From assembly GCA_050944835.1 (NCBI GenBank), contig JBMNRV010000008.1, forward strand, positions 7,001 to 71,000: 64,000 nt of DNA. Direction: 5' to 3'. The notes beneath the pieces are model-generated. The model saw only the letters and a program-made list of their open reading frames with translations, was not told the DNA's origin and ran no database searches. The position numbers were made by a program, and so were the translations under genes. Positions 37,799 to 45,010 of this stretch are shown piece after piece (the first letter of the stretch is position 1; every line of letters starts with the position of its first letter). The DNA is from Kiritimatiellia bacterium. GTDB taxonomy: Bacteria > Verrucomicrobiota > Kiritimatiellia > JAAZAB01.

Positions 37799-37840
37799 CC
37801 TTCATCCCTCATCCTTCACTCCGCCCTCATCCTTAAGGAT
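37794..37840 (-). repeat. Tandem direct repeats (minus-strand AAGGATGAG x4, plus-strand CTCATCCTT) overlapping the RBS/start codon of the GHL10 gene, followed by a perfect 12-bp palindrome ATCCTTAAGGAT (37829..37840)
   Basis: Read directly in the sequence: tcatccttcatccctcatccttcactccgccctcatccttaaggat. Each unit contains an SD-like AAGGA plus ATG, so several out-of-frame ATGs precede the annotated start. Confidence 0.6.
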
Positions 37841-37867
37841 AATGACAACACCGGGTGGGCGCCGACA

Positions 37868-38203
37868 TTATTCCCAAACATAAGGGTTATCCTTCTTTGG
37901 GGCGCTGTCAGTGTCAAGATTCGTTCCGGTCGGAATGATTCTGCGGAATATGGGCAACTGCGTTTGCGCCGGCGCTGACTCCGGTGCGGGCACAGGCACG
38001 GGCTCCGGTGCGGGTGCAGGCGGCGGTGGATTATCAATCGGCACTACGAATCTTTCGGCGCGGGAAGACGTTTCCGGCTTTTTTTCAGATATCGCTCCCT
38101 CTAGATGTTTTCGCCGGACGCGGGAATTCCAAATGGTGGCGACGGCAAAAACCAAGCTGAGAATGGAGGCAATAATGGTTGTTGCGGTCAGGCTGTCGTT
38201 CAT
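37868..38203 (-). CDS. Small proline-rich single-pass membrane protein (111 aa), first gene upstream of the EPS operon
   Basis: N-terminal TM (TTIIASILSLVFAVATIW) then PPPPAPAPEPVPVPAPESAPAQ low-complexity linker and a short C-terminal tail. Shares the divergent AT-rich promoter region with the response-regulator gene. Confidence 0.35.
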   Translation of the reverse strand: MNDSLTATTIIASILSLVFAVATIWNSRVRRKHLEGAISEKKPETSSRAERFVVPIDNPPPPAPAPEPVPVPAPESAPAQTQLPIFRRIIPTGTNLDTDSAPKKDNPYVWE

Positions 38204-38440
38204 TTCTTTACCTCATATACGGGTAAAGAATAGGATAAAACAACAATGGGTCAAGCTAATTTTCAGCTAATTTTTCATGTTTCATACGAGCTGTTATGGG
38301 CTTTTCTTGGAAATATGAATTGACTTCTAGTAAACATGCAGGTAAATTTGGCTACTGTTATCGGTTATCTGTTTGTTTGCTTTGGACGGCGCCGGACTGA
38401 TAATCGTTGTGCTTTTGTTTAATGTACTAGAATTGGTGTC
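38204..38440. promoter_or_regulatory. AT-rich divergent intergenic/promoter region between the EPS operon (minus) and the RR-KaiC-like-ExeA-like genes (plus)
   Basis: 237-nt non-coding stretch with markedly lower GC than the flanking genes. Genes diverge from it on both strands. Confidence 0.4.
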
Positions 38441-38812
38441 ATGGCTAAAATTTTAATTATAGACGACGATCAGATGATTCTGGGATACTTCAAACGCATC
38501 CAAGATAAGCTGAAAAAAGAAATCGTCACTGCATCTGACGGGATGGAAGGTTGTCAGATGGCGCAGGATCCCGATGTTAAACTCATAGTTATGGATTTCT
38601 GTATTCCCGGTGGTTTAGAAAAGACATCTTTATTGCAAAAATTGAAAAGCCTACGTCCGGAATTGCCGATAATTGTCATTTCTGGCTTTTCCTCAAAGGA
38701 GATTGTTGAGGAGTGCCACAAATTGGGCGCCAGCGAGTTTTTGTCTAAGCCCTTCGAGTTGTCGTTTTTGCCGACGATTATCCGGCGCTTGTTGGATACC
38801 ACACCGGAGTGA
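38441..38812 (+). CDS. Stand-alone response-regulator receiver domain protein (CheY-like, no output domain)
   Basis: 123 aa. Acidic pocket DDD (ILIIDDDQ), phospho-acceptor Asp in LIVMDF, conserved T/S and Lys (FLSKPF). Confidence 0.85.
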   Translation: MAKILIIDDDQMILGYFKRIQDKLKKEIVTASDGMEGCQMAQDPDVKLIVMDFCIPGGLEKTSLLQKLKSLRPELPIIVISGFSSKEIVEECHKLGASEFLSKPFELSFLPTIIRRLLDTTPE

Positions 38813-38879
38813 TAAATCCATAATGAGGCCTTGTTTCATGTGGTAATTGCTAAAATTACATTAAGAACAATTACTAAGT

Positions 38880-40118
38880 ATGATTACTAAGACATTATTT
38901 GGAATTGATTTCTTTGATGCGCATTACGGCGGCGTTTACCGTGGCCGCCCAGTATTGCTTTCAGGGCGCAAGGGGCTGGGTAAAACAACTATCGCGATGC
39001 AGTTTCTGTGCAAAGGATTACAACAAGACGAAACCTGTCTTATGCTCAATACTTTGCCTAACTATAATCTTGATATTTACGCCGATATGTTAGGTTTCTC
39101 GCTGGCGAACCATGTAAATGACGGACGCTTGATTTTGCTGGAAAGCAGTAATTTTAGCGGTGTTTGCGGAACAAAGATGCTGCCGCCGGAATGTTTTGAG
39201 CAACTGCGTCAAATTATAGATACCCACATGATTCAACGGATGGTGATTGACACGATTGTGCCGCTTGTGGCAGTTAATCCGCCAGAGCGCATAAATGAAC
39301 ACATTTATTCTTTTATGCGTTCTTTTGACCGCTTGGGTGTTACCACCTTGATGACGCTCCCTAAGCCGGTGTCGCCTATGGCTGTCCGGTTGAAAAATGC
39401 TTTGGAAGCCGCCCTGCCGATTTCAATTTTACTGAATTCAACTGATGATCCATCAACCTATACATTTCAGGTGGTGAAGTATATGGGGGCGCCGAAGTTG
39501 GCGGCGCCGGTGAATTATAAATTCAAGACGGGCGCAGGGGTTGTCAGTTGCGCCTCCCTATATGCCGAATCAGTTCAGCCGCCGGCGCAGGCGGTGTCAG
39601 GGCCTCCACCGGCGGAAACTAAATCGTCAGTGTCAGCGCCATCAGAGTCTCCACCGGCAGAAACTAAACCGGCAGTGCCCGCACAGACATGGTTTCCTTT
39701 GGTGCAGGCGGCATCAAGGCTGGCATCAGCGGATGCGCCACGAGCAGAGGCGGCATCACGGCCGACACCAGCGGAGGCGCCACGAGCGGAGGCGGCATCA
39801 AGGCTGACACCAGCGGAGGCGCCACGAGCAGAGGCGGCATCTAGGCCGACACCGGCAGGGTCTTCACCGACGGCGCTTTCATCGGCACCGGTTACATCGG
39901 GATTAAGAATGTCCTCTGTATCTGTGCCAACACTGCTTTATGATGATTCTGGCAATGGGCGCAATGGGCGCAATGGACGCAATAAAGTTATTGAAGAGAC
40001 AAAACCTATGCCGAAAGATGCTGAAAAACCGCCAGCGCTGCCGCCCAGCAATGGGAAATTACGGCTTTCGAACTACACACCCAAAAAAATGCCGCTTGAT
40101 AGGAAGGATGAAGGATGA
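38880..40118 (+). CDS. KaiC/RAD55-like RecA-fold ATPase (single RecA-like domain, ~240 aa) with ~170-aa low-complexity Ala/Pro/Arg/Glu-rich C-terminal tail containing tandem repeats
   Basis: Walker A GRKGLGKTT within a KaiC-like N-terminus (FGIDFFDAHYGGVYRGRPVLLSGRKGLGKTTIAMQFL). Tail has 14-aa repeats AASR(L/P)TPAEAPRAE x3.5 and GNGRNGRNGRN. Confidence 0.6.
   Translation: MITKTLFGIDFFDAHYGGVYRGRPVLLSGRKGLGKTTIAMQFLCKGLQQDETCLMLNTLPNYNLDIYADMLGFSLANHVNDGRLILLESSNFSGVCGTKMLPPECFEQLRQIIDTHMIQRMVIDTIVPLVAVNPPERINEHIYSFMRSFDRLGVTTLMTLPKPVSPMAVRLKNALEAALPISILLNSTDDPSTYTFQVVKYMGAPKLAAPVNYKFKTGAGVVSCASLYAESVQPPAQAVSGPPPAETKSSVSAPSESPPAETKPAVPAQTWFPLVQAASRLASADAPRAEAASRPTPAEAPRAEAASRLTPAEAPRAEAASRPTPAGSSPTALSSAPVTSGLRMSSVSVPTLLYDDSGNGRNGRNGRNKVIEETKPMPKDAEKPPALPPSNGKLRLSNYTPKKMPLDRKDEG
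39708..39860 (+). repeat. In-frame 42-nt tandem repeat (x~3.5) inside the KaiC-like gene tail; a second 9-nt microrepeat (GGCAATGGG-like x3.5) at 39951..39984
   Basis: Units gcggcatca(a/c)ggc(t/c)g(g/a)ca(t/c)cagcgga(t/g)gcgccacgagc(a/g)gag are directly visible at 39708, 39750 and 39792, with a partial copy at 39834. Confidence 0.8.
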
Positions 40119-40187
40119 AGTCGAAGACTGAAGGCAGGGTGAAGGCGGGAGTCGGCGATACCGCCTGCCCTTATTCCACTTGTCCAA

Positions 40188-40220
40188 ATCCGTGTTTATC
40201 CGTGCTTCTTCCCATCTGTT
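40188..40220 (+). promoter_or_regulatory. Phased 10-bp direct repeats ATCCGTG(T/C)TT x2 followed by TTCTTCCCATCTG, ~65 nt upstream of the ExeA-like gene; candidate transcription-factor (response-regulator-type) binding site
   Basis: Sequence aaATCCGTGtttATCCGTGcttcttcccatctg. The same 17-mer ATCCGTGTTTATCCGTG recurs at 61306 (3 phased copies), and a related copy on the minus strand lies at ~63879-63898. Confidence 0.4.
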
Positions 40221-40277
40221 CAGCTTAAGCGCATCTGTGACAAACTTGCCAACGGTCGTTTTTAAGGTTAAATTAAC

Positions 40278-41120
40278 ATGTATTCAGCATTTTGGAATCT
40301 GCGTGAAGCGCCCTTTCGAAATGTGGCCGATCCACGTTTTGCGTATTTGTGTGAACAGCATCATGAAGGTTTAGTCCGACTGATTTATATGGCGCGGACT
40401 CGTAAACTCGGCGGCGTTTTGACTGGGCCATACGGCATCGGCAAATCTATGCTGCTGGAATTGCTGGCGCAGGATCTTCGTCGCGATAATGCGTCGCAAT
40501 TCATCAGCATGGATTGTATGCCGGGGAAACCAATTACGGCTGTGCGCCATATTCTGACGTTAATGAATTATGCTGAGCAGGCACAGACCTTTCAGGATCC
40601 GTTCGAGGCTATTGCCTTTTTGCGCCGGAAAGGCACACTGCTCAAGCATACCGTCCTGGCGATTGATGAAGCTCAATCAATCAATGACCCGGATTTTTAC
40701 AACTTTTTGCTGTTGCTTACAAATATAACCTTCACCGACCGCCAACATGGCTTGTTGCCGGCTTTTACCATAATTCTGGTCGGCACTGGCGAATTGCATC
40801 AGGCGGTGATGAGTCGGGAGTTCATGAGCCAACGCTTGCCATTTACCTGGAATCTGGAGCCGCTCAACCAAAAACAAGTTGTGGAATATGTCCAGCACCG
40901 CATCCGCGTCGTAGGCGGCGATATTTGGATTTTCGACACCGCTGCGTTGGATGCGCTGTCGGTGGCTCAAGGCACCCCGCGATTAATCAATAACATTTGC
41001 GATGTAGCGCTGATGTTGGGGTATGCCGCTAATCTCCGGCAAATAAATCTTGAAATCATGCAGCAAGCGGTACAAGAAATCCATGGGCAGCACCCCAAAA
41101 GTCCGGCGCCAAAGGCGTGA
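40278..41120 (+). CDS. ExeA/GspA/MshM-like AAA+ ATPase (N-terminal ATPase domain only; no peptidoglycan-binding C-terminal domain)
   Basis: ExeA-like start (…FWNLREAPFRNVADPRFAY...), Walker A GPYGIGKS, Walker B/DEAQ (LAIDEAQSIND), sensor region (RLINNICDVALMLGY). 280 aa. Confidence 0.6.
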   Translation: MYSAFWNLREAPFRNVADPRFAYLCEQHHEGLVRLIYMARTRKLGGVLTGPYGIGKSMLLELLAQDLRRDNASQFISMDCMPGKPITAVRHILTLMNYAEQAQTFQDPFEAIAFLRRKGTLLKHTVLAIDEAQSINDPDFYNFLLLLTNITFTDRQHGLLPAFTIILVGTGELHQAVMSREFMSQRLPFTWNLEPLNQKQVVEYVQHRIRVVGGDIWIFDTAALDALSVAQGTPRLINNICDVALMLGYAANLRQINLEIMQQAVQEIHGQHPKSPAPKA

Positions 41121-41234
41121 ACCGCCGGATTTGCATTTGGCAAGCTCTTTGGGTTGACATGCCGTAAAAATATGCTAGTTTAAGACGGTTTTCACGCAGG
41201 GCGTTGTTATGAGGCATCTGCGTTATGTCAAACT

Positions 41235-41309
41235 GGGCCGTTAACTCAGCGGGAGAGTGCTATCCTCACACGGTAGAAGTCACAGGTTCAAATCCTGTAC
41301 GGCCCACCA
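41235..41309 (+). tRNA. tRNA-Val (anticodon CAC)
   Basis: Cloverleaf by hand: acceptor GGGCCGT/ACGGCCC, D-stem ACTC/GAGT, anticodon stem CTATC/GGTAG with loop CTCACAC (anticodon CAC), T-arm ACAGG-TTCAAAT-CCTGT, discriminator A, encoded CCA. A TTGACA -35-like hexamer sits at 41154. Confidence 0.9.
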
Positions 41310-41324
41310 TACACCCCCGCCAGC

Positions 41325-42200
41325 TTGTGTCATGCTATGACTGACGCCACTTCGCTTTTGTCACAAGATCCCGGATCTTTATGGTTCGCCTTTGGGTTAA
41401 CCATGCTGGCTGGACTAGCTACCGGTATCGGAAGTCTGCTGGCTTTTTTTACCGATCAGACCAATCGTAAATTTCTGGCGGTTGCCTTGGGCTTCTCCGC
41501 GGGCGTCATGATTTACGTTTCAATGGTGGAAATTTATTGCAAGGGACGTGAGGCGCTGATAGAGGCTTTGGGGACGCGCTCCGGAAGTTGGGCTGCGGTC
41601 GGCGCTTTTTTCGGAGGGATTCTGCTGATCGCATTGATAGACAAGCTCATCCCCGATCACGAAAATCCGCATGAAATACACGGGGTGGAGGAGCTTGATA
41701 CATCTGGGGACGACTGTGCGCCACACTGCCGGGACCCATCCATGTCAAAGCGCATGTTGCGTATGGGCATACTGACGGCTGCGGCGATTACCATCCATAA
41801 TTTCCCGGAAGGTTTGGCGACTTTCGTAGTAGCGCTGCGCGACCCCACCTTAGGCGTTACCATCGCTGTGGCGATTGCCTTGCACAATATCCCGGAAGGG
41901 ATTGCCGTTTCAATTCCAATCTATTACGCCACCGGCAATCGTCGGCGCGCACTGATTTATTCCTTGTTGTCCGGCCTTTCAGAACCGTTAGGCGCGCTTA
42001 TCGGTATGGCATTACTAATGCCTTTTATGTCAACAGCCGTGTTCGGGGTGTTGTTTTCTGCGGTTGCCGGCATCATGGTCTTTATATCGCTGGACCAGCT
42101 GCTGCCTGCCGCGCAAAAATATGGCGAGCACCATCTGTCAATCTATGGATTGGTTGCGGGCATGGCCGTTATGGCGTTGAGCCTGTTGTTGTTTATTTGA
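41325..42200 (+). CDS. zupT: ZIP-family zinc transporter ZupT
   Basis: 8 TM helices. ZIP signature HNFPEGLA in TM4 and HNIPEGIAV in TM5. Size and topology match ZupT (the true start may be the second Met at 41337). Confidence 0.85.
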   Translation: MCHAMTDATSLLSQDPGSLWFAFGLTMLAGLATGIGSLLAFFTDQTNRKFLAVALGFSAGVMIYVSMVEIYCKGREALIEALGTRSGSWAAVGAFFGGILLIALIDKLIPDHENPHEIHGVEELDTSGDDCAPHCRDPSMSKRMLRMGILTAAAITIHNFPEGLATFVVALRDPTLGVTIAVAIALHNIPEGIAVSIPIYYATGNRRRALIYSLLSGLSEPLGALIGMALLMPFMSTAVFGVLFSAVAGIMVFISLDQLLPAAQKYGEHHLSIYGLVAGMAVMALSLLLFI

Positions 42201-42290
42201 AGGCTGGAGATGCCGGACTGCGTGGCGCGCAGTATTTGGCAGTTGAGGCCAAAGTGTGCCGCACGGCATAAAGCAGAACCGGATTAAACG

Positions 42291-42983
42291 TCAGTCGCGG
42301 CGTCCACCAAACAGTCCAGAACGCACCAGATAGTAGAGCAGCGTCATCAGTGAAGTGATCACAGCGGCAACGTAAGTCAAAAATGCCGCGTTCAAAACCT
42401 TGCCGGCATCCGCTTGCTCAGATGGCGTAACAATTCCAGCGGTCACCATTAATTGTTTTGCGCGGGCACTGGCATTCCATTCCACCGGCAGTGTGACCAG
42501 GGAAAAAAGCACTACCAAACCGAACAGGGCGATCCCCAGCATCATCAGCGCGGAGAAATTGAATAGTAGGCCCAAGATGAAAATAATGTAGGATGCATGG
42601 CTGCCGAACTGGGTTGCCGGCACCAGCGCCGAGCGCAGATGAAGCGGCGCATAATGCGACGCATGCTGGATGGCATGGCCGGCTTCGTGGCAGGCAACAC
42701 CCACCGCCGCAAGCGAGGGTGAGTCATATACTTTGGATGAGAGGCGTAATGTGCGCGAAATCGGGTCGTAATGGTCGCTCAGAAAGCCATCCACCCGCTC
42801 AATGCGCACATTGGTGATGCTTTGGCTTGCCAGCAGACGGTGTGCCGCCTCCGCCCCGGTAATGCCGGAAGCCGCGCCTATGCGTGAGTATTTCTTAAAA
42901 GTGCTTTGCGTGTACCAGGAAGCCAACCCTGCCAACACCATGGCCGGCAGCAGCATTATCAAATATAATGGATCGTAAAACAT
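42291..42983 (-). CDS. YugP-family putative membrane-associated zinc metallopeptidase
   Basis: HExxH motif (HEAGHAIQH). YugP-like N-terminus (MFYDPLYLIMLLPAMVLAGLASWYTQSTFKKY). TM segments at both ends. Confidence 0.8.
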   Translation of the reverse strand: MFYDPLYLIMLLPAMVLAGLASWYTQSTFKKYSRIGAASGITGAEAAHRLLASQSITNVRIERVDGFLSDHYDPISRTLRLSSKVYDSPSLAAVGVACHEAGHAIQHASHYAPLHLRSALVPATQFGSHASYIIFILGLLFNFSALMMLGIALFGLVVLFSLVTLPVEWNASARAKQLMVTAGIVTPSEQADAGKVLNAAFLTYVAAVITSLMTLLYYLVRSGLFGGRRD

Positions 42984-43191
42984 TGCCTGTTTACTCCGGT
43001 AGGGGTCAATTATAGATTCCCATGCAGCCTTAAGGCTGGTTTTGACTGGTTATTGTAGCAGGATGGGCTTGAATTTCAAGGCCAAACCGGCTCCCCTGAA
43101 ACTGCGGCAGATTATGTTGTTTTTTGATTAGTTTATTGTTTGCATTAAATTTGCTGGCATTTTTTATGCAAACGAATTACATTATCCCACT

Positions 43192-44760
43192 ATGAATACC
43201 CAATCTTTACCGGCATTGCTGCGGAAAACGGCAACGAATAACCCGCATTTGACTGCAATCGAATTCTTTGAACGCACCTTGAATTTCAAGGAGTTCAACC
43301 AACAAAGCGACAGATTGGCTGCATGGCTGACAAGTCGTGGCATCGTCAAAGGGGACCGAGTAGGGCTGTATTGTATTAATTCGGACTTCTTTGTGGTTGC
43401 ATACTTTGGCATCTTGAAGGCCGGCGCTGTGGTTGTGCCGCTCAACCTGCTGCTCAACCCAAAGGAAATATCCTATATCCTGCAGGATGCCGGCGCTCGG
43501 GGTTTGATTTACTTAGATGCATTTGCGCAATCGGTGGCGGATGTGCGCCAGACAACGCCTTGTCTGGAAGTATTTTTATGCATCGGTGATAATAAGAGCG
43601 CACCGTCAGACGCCGCTTTCACGGAGGCCATCGCCTGTCAGGATGCCGCGCCGGACATTGCCTTGGAACCGGCCGTGGATTTGGCTGCTATTCTTTACAC
43701 TGCCGGCACCACTGGGCATCCAAAAGGCGCCATGTTGTCGCACCGCAATTTGGCCTCCAATGTCGCCAGCGCGGCGCAGGCGCTGCAAATCAAGCCCGGC
43801 CATGAAAAATTTCTTTTGGTTTTGCCGATGTTTCACGCATTTGCAGCTACCGCCGGCATGTTGCTGCCGCTGCTGAACGGATGTTGCGTTGTGCCGTTGT
43901 CGAAGTTTGAGCCTGTGCAGGTGGCTGCGGCGGCGGAGCGAAGCAAGTCAACGATCTTCCTGGCGGTGCCGAGTATGTTTGTTGCGCTTTTGCGCCTGCC
44001 GGAAACCGCCCGCGACCAATTTGCATCGTTGCGCTTCTGCATTTCCGGCGGCGCGTCGCTGCCGAAGGCGGTGTTGCATCAATTCGAAGATAAATTCGGC
44101 AAATTGATTTACGAAGGTGACGGACCGACCGAATGCTCGCCGGTGACTTGCGTTAACCCTATTGATGGCAAACGTAAAGTCGGCACAGTGGGATTAGCGC
44201 TGCCGGATGTCGAAATGCGGATCATGGATGAAGCCGGACAGGAAAAACCGCGTGGTGAAGTAGGGGAGATATGCGTGCGCGGACCGAATGTAATGCGCGG
44301 GTATTGGAAACGCCCCGATGATACACGCGCTTCGTTTTTCGGTGAATGGTTCCGGACGGGTGATTTGGGGCATGTTGATGACGAAGGATATTTCACCATC
44401 GTTGACCGTAAAAAAGACCTGATCATCGTTAACGGTATGAATGTGTATCCGCGGGTGGTTGAGGAAGTGTTGATGCACCACCCCGCGGTGCGCGAGGTGG
44501 CTGTGGTCGGCGAGCCGCATAAACTGCATGGCGAAATTCCTGTGGTTTATATGTCGTTAAAATCAGGATTTAAAGTCACAGGCGTTGACATCCGTACATA
44601 TTGCCGCGATCACTTGGGACGGCATGAAGTGCCGCGTAAGGTTTATTTCATGGATGATCTCCCTAAAAGCGCTGCCGGCAAGATACTGAAACGTGAATTG
44701 CGCCGACATGGTGAATTAGAACGCGGTATTGATCTGCCTAACGGCAAGACTCCGGCTTAA
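43192..44760 (+). CDS. Long-chain-fatty-acid--CoA ligase / AMP-dependent synthetase
   Basis: AMP-binding signature YTAGTTGHPKGAMLSHRNL. Motif II-like segment (TECSPVTC). Also GEICVRGPNVMRGYW and a C-terminal domain with invariant Lys (AAGKILKREL). Confidence 0.85.
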   Translation: MNTQSLPALLRKTATNNPHLTAIEFFERTLNFKEFNQQSDRLAAWLTSRGIVKGDRVGLYCINSDFFVVAYFGILKAGAVVVPLNLLLNPKEISYILQDAGARGLIYLDAFAQSVADVRQTTPCLEVFLCIGDNKSAPSDAAFTEAIACQDAAPDIALEPAVDLAAILYTAGTTGHPKGAMLSHRNLASNVASAAQALQIKPGHEKFLLVLPMFHAFAATAGMLLPLLNGCCVVPLSKFEPVQVAAAAERSKSTIFLAVPSMFVALLRLPETARDQFASLRFCISGGASLPKAVLHQFEDKFGKLIYEGDGPTECSPVTCVNPIDGKRKVGTVGLALPDVEMRIMDEAGQEKPRGEVGEICVRGPNVMRGYWKRPDDTRASFFGEWFRTGDLGHVDDEGYFTIVDRKKDLIIVNGMNVYPRVVEEVLMHHPAVREVAVVGEPHKLHGEIPVVYMSLKSGFKVTGVDIRTYCRDHLGRHEVPRKVYFMDDLPKSAAGKILKRELRRHGELERGIDLPNGKTPA

Positions 44761-44893
44761 CCTTAATGCCTCGGCGGTTCATTGTTCCCGCTCTCCCTGT
44801 GTTAGTCTGTGTCTCCATCCGGAAATATGATTGACTCAGCCGGACTTTTCTGCCAACTTAACCGATAGCTAGAGCGCATCGCTGAACGATTTT

Positions 44894-44968
44894 GCGGGAG
44901 TAATTCAGTGGTAGAATGTCAGCTTCCCAAGCTGAACGTCGCCGGTTCGATCCCGGTCTCCCGCTCCA
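44894..44968 (+). tRNA. tRNA-Gly (anticodon CCC)
   Basis: Acceptor GCGGGAG/CTCCCGC, D-arm ATTC-AGTGGTA-GAAT, anticodon stem TCAGC/GCTGA with loop TTCCCAA (anticodon CCC), T-arm GCCGG-TTCGATC-CCGGT, discriminator U, encoded CCA. Confidence 0.9.
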
Positions 44969-45010
44969 TTCTGCATATCCTTAATGCCGCCTTGATCATG
45001 GAGATACGGG

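Noticed and set aside
37542-37805. 87-aa minus-strand ORF starting at an upstream ATG within the AAGGATGAG repeats
   Set aside because: Different frame from the GHL10 gene, embedded in it. It is produced by the repeated ATG-containing units.
39541-39807. 88-aa Arg/His/Gln-rich ORF in an alternative frame of the KaiC-like gene tail
   Set aside because: It arises purely from the 42-nt tandem repeat read out of frame and lies entirely within a better-supported ORF.
42201-42290. Weak hairpins (CTGCGtggcgCGCAG at ~42217..42231) between the convergent zupT and YugP-like genes as terminators
   Set aside because: The stem is only 5 bp and has no following U-tract, so this is marginal. It is noted but not annotated as a feature.
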